This document shows positions 41,766-51,812 of a stretch of 64,000 nt of DNA, piece by piece; the stretch's first letter is position 1; each line of letters begins with the position of its first letter. This stretch comes from Vulcanimicrobiota bacterium (GTDB lineage: Bacteria > Vulcanimicrobiota > Vulcanimicrobiia > Vulcanimicrobiales > Vulcanimicrobiaceae), in contig CAVZQC010000005.1 in NCBI GenBank assembly GCA_963777315.1, positions 96,001 to 160,000 on the forward strand, read 5' to 3'. The notes beneath the pieces are model-generated. The model worked only from the letters and a program-made list of their open reading frames with translations. It was not told the DNA's origin and did not search any database. The translations under genes were made by a program, and so were the position numbers.

Positions 41766-42923
41766 ATGCCCACCAAAGACCTGTACGAAGTGCTCGGCGT
41801 GAGCCGCGGCGCGAATCCGGACGATATCAAGCGCGCGTATCGCTCGCTCGCGCGCAAGCATCATCCCGACGTCGCCGAAAACAAAGCCGAAGCCGAACAC
41901 CGCTTCAAAGAGATAAACCAGGCGTACGAAGTGCTTTCGGACCCGCAAAAGCGCGCGCAGTACGATCGCTTCGGTACGGTCGGCAACGGTTCGGCCGCTG
42001 GCCAGGGCTTCGGCGATTTCGGTTTCGCCAATGGGTTCGGCGGCACGGGTTTCGGCGACATCTTCGACATTTTCTTCGGCGACCGAACCGGCGGCCAGCA
42101 AACGCAGGCGCGTCGCGGCGGTCCGGCTCGCGGCTCGGATCTGCGCTACGATTTGGTCATAACGCTTGAAGAAGCGTTTGCGGGCACCTCGCACGACATT
42201 CACTTCAACCATCTCGCCCAATGCGAAACCTGCCACGGATCCGGCGCCGCTCCGGGAACGCTGGTTGTGCCGTGCGATCGCTGCAGCGGTACGGGCGTCA
42301 TGCGCATGTCGCGGCAAACGCCGCTCGGACAATTCGTCACGCAATCGACGTGCACGCAGTGCGGCGGCGAAGGGCAGCTGATCCGACAGCCGTGCCAAGC
42401 GTGCTCGGGACGCGGCCGGCGCGAAGTCGAACGCAACTTGAGCGTCAAGATTCCGCCCGGCGTCGACGACGGCAGCCGCATCCGCATCACCGGCAGCGGC
42501 GAAGCGGGGATTCACGGCGGTCCGCCGGGCGATCTGTACGTGTATCTGAGCATCGCGCCGCATGCGCTGTTCAAGCGCGACGGATTGGATACGTACGTCG
42601 AGGTTCCGCTCAGCTTTGCGCAGGCAGCGCTCGGAGCAACGACCGCTGTGCCTTCGCTCGAAGGCGATCTGCAGCTCGCGGTGCATTCGGGCACGCAAAG
42701 CGGCACGACTTTTCGCATTCGCGGTCACGGCATGCCCGGCGTGCGCGGAGGTCAGCGCGGCGATCACGTCGTCACCGTTCACGTCGCCGTACCCACGAAG
42801 TTGACCAAACAGCAGCGCGAACTGCTCGAAGAATATGCGCGCTTGGAGACCGCGGCCGGCGGACACGGCGGCGAGGAGCGGTCGTTTTTCGATAAGGTGA
42901 AGGACGCGTTCAAGCCTGAATAG
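41766..42923 (+). CDS. dnaJ: chaperone DnaJ
   Basis: HPD motif, G/F region, four CxxCxGxG repeats. Confidence 0.98.
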   Translation: MPTKDLYEVLGVSRGANPDDIKRAYRSLARKHHPDVAENKAEAEHRFKEINQAYEVLSDPQKRAQYDRFGTVGNGSAAGQGFGDFGFANGFGGTGFGDIFDIFFGDRTGGQQTQARRGGPARGSDLRYDLVITLEEAFAGTSHDIHFNHLAQCETCHGSGAAPGTLVVPCDRCSGTGVMRMSRQTPLGQFVTQSTCTQCGGEGQLIRQPCQACSGRGRREVERNLSVKIPPGVDDGSRIRITGSGEAGIHGGPPGDLYVYLSIAPHALFKRDGLDTYVEVPLSFAQAALGATTAVPSLEGDLQLAVHSGTQSGTTFRIRGHGMPGVRGGQRGDHVVTVHVAVPTKLTKQQRELLEEYARLETAAGGHGGEERSFFDKVKDAFKPE

Positions 42924-43641
42924 ATTCTTCGTGCCGGGAGCTCACGAGCCCGGAGATGCCGTTCGATTCCAAGGCAGCGACGCGCACAAGATCTCCGCTG
43001 TGCTGCGCCTGCGCGAAGGCGATTCCATCGAAGTGATCGACTCCCGCGCGCAGCGCTTTCTCGCCTCGATTCAAAACGCGGGGCGTTCGGTGGACGCCGT
43101 GCTCGAACGGCGGCTCGAGCCCGTAGCCGCAAGCGGTTTCGCAATTACCGTTGCGCAAGGCGTTCCAAAAGGTCAGCGCATGGATTTTGCCGTCGAGAAG
43201 CTCACCGAACTGGGCGTCGAGGCGATCGTGCCTCTGCGTTCCGAACGGACGATCGTTACCGTCGGTGCGAACAAACTCGAGCGGTGGCGGCGTTTGGCGC
43301 GCGTCGCCGCGCAGCAATGCGGGCGCGATCGCATTCCGGAAATCACGCAGCCGGTGGGTTGCGAGGAGCTGATCGCGCGTTTCGATCAATACGACTGCGT
43401 GCTGTTTGTGTGGGAGCTCGCGCGTGATGCAGCGAGCGCCCAGCCGCTGCCGATGCTCGTCGCGCATGCGCGCCGGATTCTCGCCATCGTGGGCCCTGAA
43501 GGCGGATTCTCGCATGCCGAAGCGCAGGCAGCGCAATCGGCCGGCGCTCATCTCGTTTCGCTTGGGTCTCGCATTCTGCGCACGGAAACCGCGGGGCTGG
43601 CGCTCGTGTCCGTCCTGAATTACCTGTCCGAAAACGCCTGA
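42916..43641 (+). CDS. rsmE: 16S rRNA m3U1498 methyltransferase
   Basis: VLRL, EKLTELGV, VGPEGGFS, LGSRILRTETA; the usual xRFFV N-terminus requires a start at CTG 42916 (otherwise GTG 42931). Confidence 0.94.
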   Translation: MNRFFVPGAHEPGDAVRFQGSDAHKISAVLRLREGDSIEVIDSRAQRFLASIQNAGRSVDAVLERRLEPVAASGFAITVAQGVPKGQRMDFAVEKLTELGVEAIVPLRSERTIVTVGANKLERWRRLARVAAQQCGRDRIPEITQPVGCEELIARFDQYDCVLFVWELARDAASAQPLPMLVAHARRILAIVGPEGGFSHAEAQAAQSAGAHLVSLGSRILRTETAGLALVSVLNYLSENA

Positions 43642-43744
43642 ACGCACTTCGAACCCACCGCGCGTCCAATCGGCACTCAGGCAGGGTAGCGGGCGGTTTT
43701 CCGGAAAGCGACCCCCATAAGGACACTTCTTGGAGGAGATGCTT

Positions 43745-44296
43745 ATGCATAGACCTGCGCTATTCGGCGTTTTTCTTAGCGCCGCAGTACTCGTATCGTT
43801 TGCGCTGCCGCGCATATCCGTTGCCGCGCCGGCGGCCGCCCCCACACCGGTGCCGGTGCACCGCCCCGACTTTTCTTCGATGAACTTCATGCTCGGAACG
43901 TGGCGTTGCCATTCAACGCTTCGGGGAAAGAATCGCCCGGACACATCCACGACGACGATGACGCTCGACGGCGCGTACATGGTCACGCACGACGTCGCGC
44001 CGCCCTTTGACAAATACCGCACGCAGGCCGTGCGAACCGATTCCTACATGACCTACAATCCACGAACCCATCTTTGGGTCACGATCAGCGTGGACAACTT
44101 CGCCGGCTATGGTGCAGTGACGTCACCGGGCTGGCGTGGCAATACGATGACCTCGACGCTCGTGGCTTCCCAGGACGGCTCGAGCGGCAGCGACACGCTG
44201 ACCAAAGTGAGCGATACGCAGACGCGCGACGTTGCAACCAATAAAACCAAGGACGGTCACGTAACGCACACCACCACGATGTGTAACAAATCGTAG
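43745..44296 (+). CDS. exported beta-rich hypothetical protein
   Basis: GGAGGAG RBS, signal peptide, FMLGTWRC motif, terminal Cys (possible disulfide). Confidence 0.8.
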   Translation: MHRPALFGVFLSAAVLVSFALPRISVAAPAAAPTPVPVHRPDFSSMNFMLGTWRCHSTLRGKNRPDTSTTTMTLDGAYMVTHDVAPPFDKYRTQAVRTDSYMTYNPRTHLWVTISVDNFAGYGAVTSPGWRGNTMTSTLVASQDGSSGSDTLTKVSDTQTRDVATNKTKDGHVTHTTTMCNKS

Positions 44297-44319
44297 TCGT
44301 TCGCACACGCGCCCTGCAA

Positions 44320-44346
44320 AAAGCCTCGGGTTTTGCCCGGGGCTTT
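44320..44346 (+). terminator. intrinsic terminator (possibly bidirectional)
   Basis: AAAGCCTCGGG-TTTTG-CCCGGGGCTTT. Confidence 0.8.
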
Positions 44347-44378
44347 CTGCGTTTAACCGCCTGCGTTACATCCTGGCA

Positions 44379-44414
44379 TTGTCGAAATGGAACCTTTATG
44401 GTAACATTTTGACA
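44379..44414 (+). promoter_or_regulatory. abiE promoter with inverted-repeat operator
   Basis: TGTCGAAATGGAACC-TTTAT-GGTAACATTTTGACA; TTGTCG-17 bp-TAACAT. Confidence 0.7.
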
Positions 44415-44415
44415 C

Positions 44416-44987
44416 ATGCCGCTAAGCCATCTCGACGCGCTCCTGGAGATAGCCTCCGAAAATGACGGCTTCGTTACTAACCGGGCGGCAGCCGATGCGC
44501 ATATCACCCGCCGAACGCTCGCCGGTATGGTTGCGCGCGGGCGGCTGGAGCGTGTCTCCCGCGGCGTTTATCGCTTCGTTCACTCAGTTCCCAACGTATT
44601 GTCCTCTTACCGCGAAGCCATCCTGTGGGCTCAGTCGCATCGAGGGCCGCGTGTGGCCCTTTCGCACGAAACTGCTCTTGCCGTCTTGGGTCTCACGGAT
44701 GCCAATCCGTCCAAAATCCAGCTCACGGTTCCCCCGCAGAGCTCGGCTGCGCCGTCGACGTCCGGCCCAAATTGCAATCCATCGCGCCAAGCTTAGAGAG
44801 CGCAGATATAATCGAACACGAGGGACTACCGGTTACATCCGTCCCGCGAACCGTTTTCGACCTTGCGCAGAGCGGCAATCTTCGTTTCGCCCGCGACGCA
44901 ATCGCCCAAGCACGGCGCGAGGGTTACATCACGGAAATCGAAAGTCGGCGGCTTACCAACCATTTGAAGAGACTGCATGGCGCGTGA
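44416..44987 (+). pseudogene. abiEi: AbiEi type IV antitoxin with two +1 frameshifts
   Basis: ENDGFVT, GRLERVSRGVYR, ALSHETAL, then GLPVTSVPRTVFDL after shifts at ~44733 and ~44795. Confidence 0.8.
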
Positions 44988-45529
44988 GCGGCTCGACAAA
45001 GCCCTTCACCGTGTTGCGCGCGAGGCTGGCCTCGACGAGCTTCGGCTCCGCCGTTGGGTCTCATTCCTCGCGCTATGCGGCGTACTCCAACGAGCGATCG
45101 ACGCCGGCGTTATTGGAAGCTACCATCTGAAGGGCGGCGCAGCACTCGAACTTCGCTTCGCTGATAGGGCTCGCACGACGAAGGATATGGACGTCGGTCT
45201 ACCCGGTAGCCGGCGCGACCGATTTCTGACGGGCTTATCGGACCCGCGGCATTCAAACGATTCAGATCGATCTTGGCCCCGCGAGGGACATCGTAGACAT
45301 CCTATTTTTGCACATGCTTGGTCGGCTGGATCCGAAATCCGTCCAGACTGCTTGCATCCGAGTCTTTAAACAGCGATCGGAGCATGCATGGCCGCCACCC
45401 ATTGAAGTGCCCGCGGCGTGGAAGATCGATCTAGCATCCCTCGCGGTAGAACAAGGTCTGCCGTTTGCCACTAGTGACGAGATCATAGCGGCCTATACCG
45501 GCATCAGCGAAAGAATCGTCCGAGCATGA
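44977..45529 (+). pseudogene. abiEii: AbiEii nucleotidyltransferase toxin, internally deleted
   Basis: LKGGAALELR..ARTTKDMD, then in another frame IQTIQIDLGP fused directly to ARDIVD...HAWPP; much shorter than typical AbiEii. Confidence 0.8.
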
Positions 45530-45627
45530 GCCGGTCGAAGCGGCGCCCTTCTAGGCCTGTTGGTCGCGGGCGCAGTATTATACTATAAGGCACCTTGCGG
45601 TGGCTCCATTGCCGGCGAGGTTGGCAT

Positions 45628-48396
45628 TTGGCCGTAGAAGACTATCTGGACCCTGAAGCTCGGGCGCGCGTGGAGATCGACCATCAATTGCGCGAGTGCG
45701 GGTGGGTTGTTCAGGATTACAAAAAGCTGAATCTCGGCGCTGGTCTTGGCGTCGCGGTTCGCGAGTTCAAGATGAGCGGTGGCTACGATGCCGCCGACTA
45801 TCTTCTGTTTGTCAATCGCAGGGCCGCCGGAGTGATTGAAGCCAAAAAAGCCGGCTCGACGCTCACCGGCGTCGAGTGGCAGTCCTCCAAATACACGAAG
45901 GGACTGCCCGACGGGATCTCAGCGCTCGAGAAGCCGCTGCCGTTTGCCTTTGAGTCCACCGGCGTCGAGACGCGCTTTACGAACGGCTTTGATGCGGACC
46001 CGGCGAGCCGCCAAGTGTTCACCTTTTATCGGCCCGCAACGCTCGCCGAGATCGGTTCCGAACGTACGACATTGCAAAGTCGTCTTCGCGATTTGCCGGA
46101 ACTCAACGAACAGGGCTTGTGGGCCGCCCAAGCCGAGGCGATTCGCAATTTGGAAGAGTCGCTTAAACACGGGCGCCCGCGCGCGCTCATCCAGATGGCA
46201 ACGGGCTCGGGCAAGACCTTCACCGCCGCCAACATCGCGTATCGGCTCATCAAATATGCGGGAGCGAGGCGCATACTGTTTCTGGTCGATCGCGCGGGTC
46301 TCGGGCGCCAAACGCTCAAGGAATTCCAGGCGTTCTCCACACCGGACGATGGACGTAAGTTCACCGAACTCTACAACGTTCAGCCGCTCCGCTACAACCG
46401 TATCGACGACGTTTCTCGGGTGGTCATCTCCACCATCCAGAGGCTCTATTCGATCCTTAAGGGCGAACCGGAACTGCCGGAAGAGCTCGACGAGGAATCG
46501 GCATACGACTTGCAACCTCCCAAGCCCGTCGAGGTCGCGTACAACCCGTCGGTGCCAATCGAAACGTTCGACGTCATTATCGTCGACGAATGTCATCGCT
46601 CCATTTACGGGTTATGGCGGCAGGTGCTGGAGTACTTCGACGCGTTCATAATCGGGCTGACCGCGACGCCTGGAAAGCAGACGCTCGGGTTTTTCAATCA
46701 AAATTTGGTAATGGAATACAATCACGAACGCGCCGTAGCCGACAATGTCAACGTTGACTTCGATGTCTTCCGCATCGCGACCGAAATCAGCGCCAAGGGA
46801 TCGAAAATTGATGCCGGACTCGTGACGACGTTTCGCGATCGACAGACGCGCGAAAAGCGTCTGGAACAATTGGATGACGATATCGTCTACGATGCGAGGG
46901 AACTGGACCGCAAGGTCGTCGCCAAGGATCAGATCCGGACCATCGTCCGGGCTTTTCGCGACAGTCTTCCGCAGTTATTTGAAGGCCGCACGCACGTACC
47001 CAAGACTCTGATCTTCGCAAAGGACGACAGCCACGCCGACGACATCGTACAAATCGTGCGTGACGAGTTCGGCAAAGGCAACGATTTCGCTGCCAAAATC
47101 ACTTACAAGTCGGGTTCACAAGGTCAAAAAGCCGAGCAGCTGCTCCAAGATTTTCGCAACACCTACAATCCGCGCATAGCGGTGACCGTCGACATGATTG
47201 CTACCGGAACGGACGTAAAGCCGATCGAGTGCGTATTCTTCATGCGCATGGTTCGCTCTCGCCAATTTTTCGAGCAGATGAAGGGTCGTGGCGTGCGGGT
47301 CATCAATCCGACGGACCTGCAAGGCGTAACGCCGGACGCCAAAGTGAAAGACCGGTTTGTGCTTGTGGACGCCGTCGGCGTGACCGAAGCCGACCTGCAC
47401 GACACGACGCCGATGGATCGCAAGCCGACCATTGGTCTCGATAGACTCCTGCACGCTCTGGCGCTGGGTTCGCGTGACCTTGATGTCGTTTCATCGGTGG
47501 CTTCGCGCATCGCGCGGCTCAACTTGCGCCTTTCGAAACAAGAACGCGAGGAGCTCGAAACGGTCGCCGGCGTGCCGCTGAAGGACTTGGCCGATACCAT
47601 CGTAGACGCGCTGGATCCGGATAAGCACTACGAGGCTGCGCAACGAGAAACTGGGATGGGCGAGCCGAACGCAGATGCGCTCGAACGTACTGCATCGCGG
47701 GTAATCGATGAAGCCGTAAGACCGCTCTCCGATAATGCGGCCTTTCGGGAAAAACTGGTCGAACTGCGCCGCAGCTACGATCAAGTGATCGACGAAACGT
47801 CGGCGGACAGGTTGCTTCAGGCAAAGTATTCGGTTGACGCCGCCGATCGTGCGCGTAAGACCGTCAAATCGTTCCGTGAATATATCGAAGAGCACAAGGA
47901 CGAGATCACCGCCTTGCAGATCCTCTACAGCCGTCCGTACAAACAGCGGCTGACGTGGAAGGAAGTGAAAGAACTCGGCAATGCCATTGGCCGCACGCCG
48001 CAGCACTGGACACCGGAGAATTTGTGGGCCGCGTACGAAGCGCTCGATAAATCGAAGGTCCGCGGCTCAGGCCCGCGTGTATTGGCAGACATCGTGCAAA
48101 TCGTGCGTTATGCGCTCAATCAGGTCGATGAGCTGGTGCCGTTCCCGGAGCGCGTGAACGAGCGTTTTGCCGGATGGATGCTTCAGCAAAAACAAGCTGG
48201 GCGCACGTTCACCCCGGAACAAACCCAGTGGTTAGAGCGCATCCGCGACCACATCGCCGCGAGCCTCGCCATCTCTGCCGGCGATTTTCAGTACACACCG
48301 TTCTCGGAACACGGCGGCCTCGGCAAGGCGTATGAAGTATTTGGCGATCAGCTAAACCCGCTGCTCGACGAACTAAACGAGGCTCTGGTCGCGTGA
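45628..48396 (+). CDS. hsdR: type I restriction endonuclease R subunit (EcoEI/EcoAI-like C-terminus)
   Basis: ADYLL..VIEAK nuclease motif, MATGSGKT, DECH, TAT, QMKGRG. Confidence 0.95.
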   Translation: MAVEDYLDPEARARVEIDHQLRECGWVVQDYKKLNLGAGLGVAVREFKMSGGYDAADYLLFVNRRAAGVIEAKKAGSTLTGVEWQSSKYTKGLPDGISALEKPLPFAFESTGVETRFTNGFDADPASRQVFTFYRPATLAEIGSERTTLQSRLRDLPELNEQGLWAAQAEAIRNLEESLKHGRPRALIQMATGSGKTFTAANIAYRLIKYAGARRILFLVDRAGLGRQTLKEFQAFSTPDDGRKFTELYNVQPLRYNRIDDVSRVVISTIQRLYSILKGEPELPEELDEESAYDLQPPKPVEVAYNPSVPIETFDVIIVDECHRSIYGLWRQVLEYFDAFIIGLTATPGKQTLGFFNQNLVMEYNHERAVADNVNVDFDVFRIATEISAKGSKIDAGLVTTFRDRQTREKRLEQLDDDIVYDARELDRKVVAKDQIRTIVRAFRDSLPQLFEGRTHVPKTLIFAKDDSHADDIVQIVRDEFGKGNDFAAKITYKSGSQGQKAEQLLQDFRNTYNPRIAVTVDMIATGTDVKPIECVFFMRMVRSRQFFEQMKGRGVRVINPTDLQGVTPDAKVKDRFVLVDAVGVTEADLHDTTPMDRKPTIGLDRLLHALALGSRDLDVVSSVASRIARLNLRLSKQEREELETVAGVPLKDLADTIVDALDPDKHYEAAQRETGMGEPNADALERTASRVIDEAVRPLSDNAAFREKLVELRRSYDQVIDETSADRLLQAKYSVDAADRARKTVKSFREYIEEHKDEITALQILYSRPYKQRLTWKEVKELGNAIGRTPQHWTPENLWAAYEALDKSKVRGSGPRVLADIVQIVRYALNQVDELVPFPERVNERFAGWMLQQKQAGRTFTPEQTQWLERIRDHIAASLAISAGDFQYTPFSEHGGLGKAYEVFGDQLNPLLDELNEALVA

Positions 48397-49604
48397 TGAC
48401 GGTCCCGAAAAGTTGGACTCGCGCAACGTTGGCCGATGTTGCCAAGTGGGGCAGCGGTGGCACTCCTACAGCCCAACGCGATGACTATTACGGCGGAAAC
48501 ATACCATGGGCTCTAAGCGGAGACCTGAAAGATGTGCCGTCCGTCGAACCATCTTTAACGATCACCGATGCCGGCCTCCGAAATTCCAGCGCTAAGTTGG
48601 TTGAACCCGGGACCGTCCTGATTGCAATGTATGGCGCGACGATTGGAAAACTTGGCATCGCTACTCACCCGCTGGCGACGAATCAGGCGGTTGCGTTCGC
48701 TCGACCGCTTCCCGGAGTGATCGAGCCGCGATTTCTCTTCTGGTACCTGCGTTCGCAGCGACAACTCCTTGTAGCAGCTGGTAAGGGTGCTGCACAGAAG
48801 AATATCAGCCAAACAACCTTAAAGGGGTGGCCAATTCCTCTGCCTCCCCTCGTCCAGCAGCGGCGGATCGTCGAAATCATCGAAAGACAATTCTCTCGCC
48901 TCGACGCCGCGGATGCATCTCTTAAGAGGGCAATGATTAACCTCGCTACCGTTCGCCGCTCCGCAGCGGCGAAGCTTTTGGACATCCATGAAAAGCCTCG
49001 CCCATTGAATGATCTAATCGCGGCGGGTCGTCCGATCTGTTATGGCATCCTGATGCCTAAAGAGGACGTCCCGAATGGCGTGCCATACGTGCGGGTAAAA
49101 GACTTCCCGGGCGGCGCGATTAACGTCCATAGTTTGCGCCGTACAACGCGGGACATAGCCGAGAAATACAAGCGCTCTGCCTTACGCCCTGGGGATGTAC
49201 TTGTCTCGATTCGCGGCACCTACGGGCGGGTGGCCATCGTGCCCCCCGAACTTGTGGGCGCAAACATAACCCAAGACACGGCGAGAATTTCACCCGGAGA
49301 GGGTATTTTACCGGCATTTTTGGCCGCTTATCTCGGAAGCGAGCCTGCCCAGCGTTTTTTGCGGGGCGCTGCACGCGGCGTCGCGGTTAAGGGCGTCAAC
49401 ATAGGAGACCTTCGCAGGCTGCCCGTTCCGGTTCCCTCGCTCCAAGAACAGCATCGACTTGTTGAGGTGTCGCAGCGCCACTCTTCAATCCATGGCGCGC
49501 TGTCGGTTCAGCTGTTGCTTGTTTTGCGGCGTTCGGCACAACTTCGCACAGTGATTATGCAGAAAGCCTTCGTCGGAGGACTTGCACAATCGTCTGGGTG
49601 TTGA
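48393..49604 (+). CDS. hsdS: type I R-M specificity subunit
   Basis: Two TRDs bounded by IPLPPLVQQRRIV and VPVPSLQEQHRLV; GTGA overlap with hsdR. Confidence 0.93.
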   Translation: MMTVPKSWTRATLADVAKWGSGGTPTAQRDDYYGGNIPWALSGDLKDVPSVEPSLTITDAGLRNSSAKLVEPGTVLIAMYGATIGKLGIATHPLATNQAVAFARPLPGVIEPRFLFWYLRSQRQLLVAAGKGAAQKNISQTTLKGWPIPLPPLVQQRRIVEIIERQFSRLDAADASLKRAMINLATVRRSAAAKLLDIHEKPRPLNDLIAAGRPICYGILMPKEDVPNGVPYVRVKDFPGGAINVHSLRRTTRDIAEKYKRSALRPGDVLVSIRGTYGRVAIVPPELVGANITQDTARISPGEGILPAFLAAYLGSEPAQRFLRGAARGVAVKGVNIGDLRRLPVPVPSLQEQHRLVEVSQRHSSIHGALSVQLLLVLRRSAQLRTVIMQKAFVGGLAQSSGC

Positions 49605-49725
49605 AATTCCGGGGTTGTGTTCTAAGCCTGGGCCGGGAGCTGCCGCTCCAGCTCCGGCGCTCCTGCGCTAATCGATGAAACGACCTCTTTTAGGAGGACT
49701 CCAATGTGAGGCGAAGACGCAACGA

Positions 49726-51204
49726 GTGAATGACACAAGTGGCCTCGTCACAAGGCTTTGGAACTACTGCAATGTTCTACGCGACGACGGCCTGTCATAC
49801 GGCGACTATATCGAGCAGTTGACATACATGCTCTTCCTGAAGATGGCCGACGAGCAGATGCGGCCGCCGTTCAACCGCCCCTCGGTCGTGCCCGACGGCC
49901 TCGACTGGCCATCGCTCCTCCGCCTCGACGGCGACGAACTTGAAGTCCAATACCGCCATATTCTAACCGAGCTCGGAAAGCATCCGGGGATGCTCGGCGT
50001 CATCTTTCGCAAGGCGCAGAACCGCGTCCAGGACCCAGCGAAGCTCAGGCGCCTAATCGTCGATCTCATCGATAAAGAGCACTGGATGACGCTCGACGCC
50101 GATGTAAAAGGTGACGCGTACGAAGGCCTGTTGCAGAAGAATGCCGAGGACACGAAGTCCGGTGCAGGCCAGTATTTTACGCCGCGTCCGTTGATTCGTG
50201 GAATCATCGACGTAATACGCCCCCAAGCGGGCATGACCATCTGCGATCCGGCGTGCGGTACGGGCGGCTTTTTTCTCGCAGCCTACGATCATATTGCTCG
50301 CAGTGGGCTGCTGGATCCCGATCAAAAGCGCCAGCTCCGATACGAGGCCTTACAGGGATGGGAGATCGTCGACAATACCGCGCGGCTCTGCGCAATGAAT
50401 CTGCTGCTCCACGGAATAACCGCGGCCGATGCTGAGAGCCCTATTCGCGTCGACGATGCGCTCAAAGCCGATCCCGGGCTGCGCTTCGATATGGTGCTGA
50501 CTAACCCGCCGTTCGGCAAAAAGTCATCGGTTACCATCGTTGGCGAGAACGGCGAATCCCGCCGCGACGACCTGACCGTCGTGCGCGATGACTTTTGGGC
50601 GACGACCTCCAACAAACAACTGAACTTCGTCCAGCACGTTAAGACGTTACTGAAAATCGAAGGGCGTGCGGCGATTGTCGTGCCCGACAACGTACTCTTC
50701 GAGGGTGGAGCGGGTGAGACGGTGCGCCGTCGTCTGCTTCACGAATGTGATGTGCATACGCTGCTGCGCTTGCCGACGGGCGTCTTCTATGCGCAGGGCG
50801 TCAAGGCGAACGTGCTATTCTTCGATCGCAAGCCTGCGTCGGAGACACCGTCAACGCGAGCGCTTTGGGTGTATGACCTGCGCACGAACATGCATTTTAC
50901 GCTGAAAGAAAAACCGTTGCGGCGCGAAGATCTCGACAATTTCGTTGCGTGTTACCGGGCAGACAACCGGGGGCAACGAGCAGAAACCGAGCGATTCCAT
51001 CGTTTCACTTACGATGAGATAATTGCGCGCGATAAGGTGAGCCTCGACCTGTTCTGGCTGCGCGATGAGTCGCTCGAAGACGCTGCCAACCTCCCCGAGC
51101 CGCACGTTCTGGCCGCGGAAATCGTCGAAGATCTTGAAGCCGCCCTAGCCGAATTTAGCGAGGTGGCAGCTTCACTTCGAACATTGGTACAGGAGCCGCC
51201 GTAG
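49726..51204 (+). CDS. hsdM: type I R-M N6-adenine methyltransferase
   Basis: LWNYCNVLRDDG, GQYFTPR, DPACGTGGF, NPPF. Confidence 0.96.
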   Translation: MNDTSGLVTRLWNYCNVLRDDGLSYGDYIEQLTYMLFLKMADEQMRPPFNRPSVVPDGLDWPSLLRLDGDELEVQYRHILTELGKHPGMLGVIFRKAQNRVQDPAKLRRLIVDLIDKEHWMTLDADVKGDAYEGLLQKNAEDTKSGAGQYFTPRPLIRGIIDVIRPQAGMTICDPACGTGGFFLAAYDHIARSGLLDPDQKRQLRYEALQGWEIVDNTARLCAMNLLLHGITAADAESPIRVDDALKADPGLRFDMVLTNPPFGKKSSVTIVGENGESRRDDLTVVRDDFWATTSNKQLNFVQHVKTLLKIEGRAAIVVPDNVLFEGGAGETVRRRLLHECDVHTLLRLPTGVFYAQGVKANVLFFDRKPASETPSTRALWVYDLRTNMHFTLKEKPLRREDLDNFVACYRADNRGQRAETERFHRFTYDEIIARDKVSLDLFWLRDESLEDAANLPEPHVLAAEIVEDLEAALAEFSEVAASLRTLVQEPP

Positions 51205-51405
51205 CAACATTGGTTCGGCGCGGTACACCAGAACAAGTTCGGGGTCGAGTTCATTGAGCCGCTTAAAAGAGCCGAAACGCCGCAGGGAAGGATGCAGAAG
51301 TGCCATGCTGCGCGTCCCTCATGAAAAGGTCGCACGCATTCGAAAGATATGGCCGCTCCATAGAGCATATTACAACATCGCAGATCCGCGGGGAAATAGG
51401 GAAAG

Positions 51406-51618
51406 GTGGAGTTGTTCATTATCGGTCTGATTCTGTACGTCGGTGGAAAGTGGCTGGTGAAAAAGACCGGCGCCGAGCGCCCCATGTTCATTTGCCGGAA
51501 CTGCACCCGAGTGAGCCGGGGGTTCGACCATTGCATTTTCTGCTGCGAGCACGGCCGGGACGTATCGGTGACGGGCGCATCCCAGCCCCCTTCGTCGAAG
51601 TGGTCTAGCCGAAGCTGA
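51406..51618 (+). CDS. small membrane protein with Cys/His cluster
   Basis: TM helix then CRNC...HCIFCCEH; purine-rich tract before the GTG. Confidence 0.55.
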   Translation: MELFIIGLILYVGGKWLVKKTGAERPMFICRNCTRVSRGFDHCIFCCEHGRDVSVTGASQPPSSKWSSRS

Positions 51619-51622
51619 CCCT

Positions 51623-51811
51623 CTATCGATGCGGCCAGCCATGCTGGCGCTGCCACGTGATTACGTTTGCACGGCAGTCGTCGCAGGTAACCAATCCGCT
51701 GGGAGGTCGATTGCGAGCGCAGACGATACACTTGCCTTCGGCGCGCGCTCTTTCGCGTTGCTCGCGCTTCTTCATGGCCAAATACGTGCGGCGCTCTTTG
51801 GTTATGGGCAT
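51623..51811 (-). CDS. small basic Cys4 zinc-finger protein
   Basis: KKREQRERARAEGKCIVC...CDDC; starts 1 nt after the DUF2283 stop. Confidence 0.7.
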   Translation of the reverse strand: MPITKERRTYLAMKKREQRERARAEGKCIVCARNRPPSGLVTCDDCRANVITWQRQHGWPHR

Positions 51812-51812
51812 T

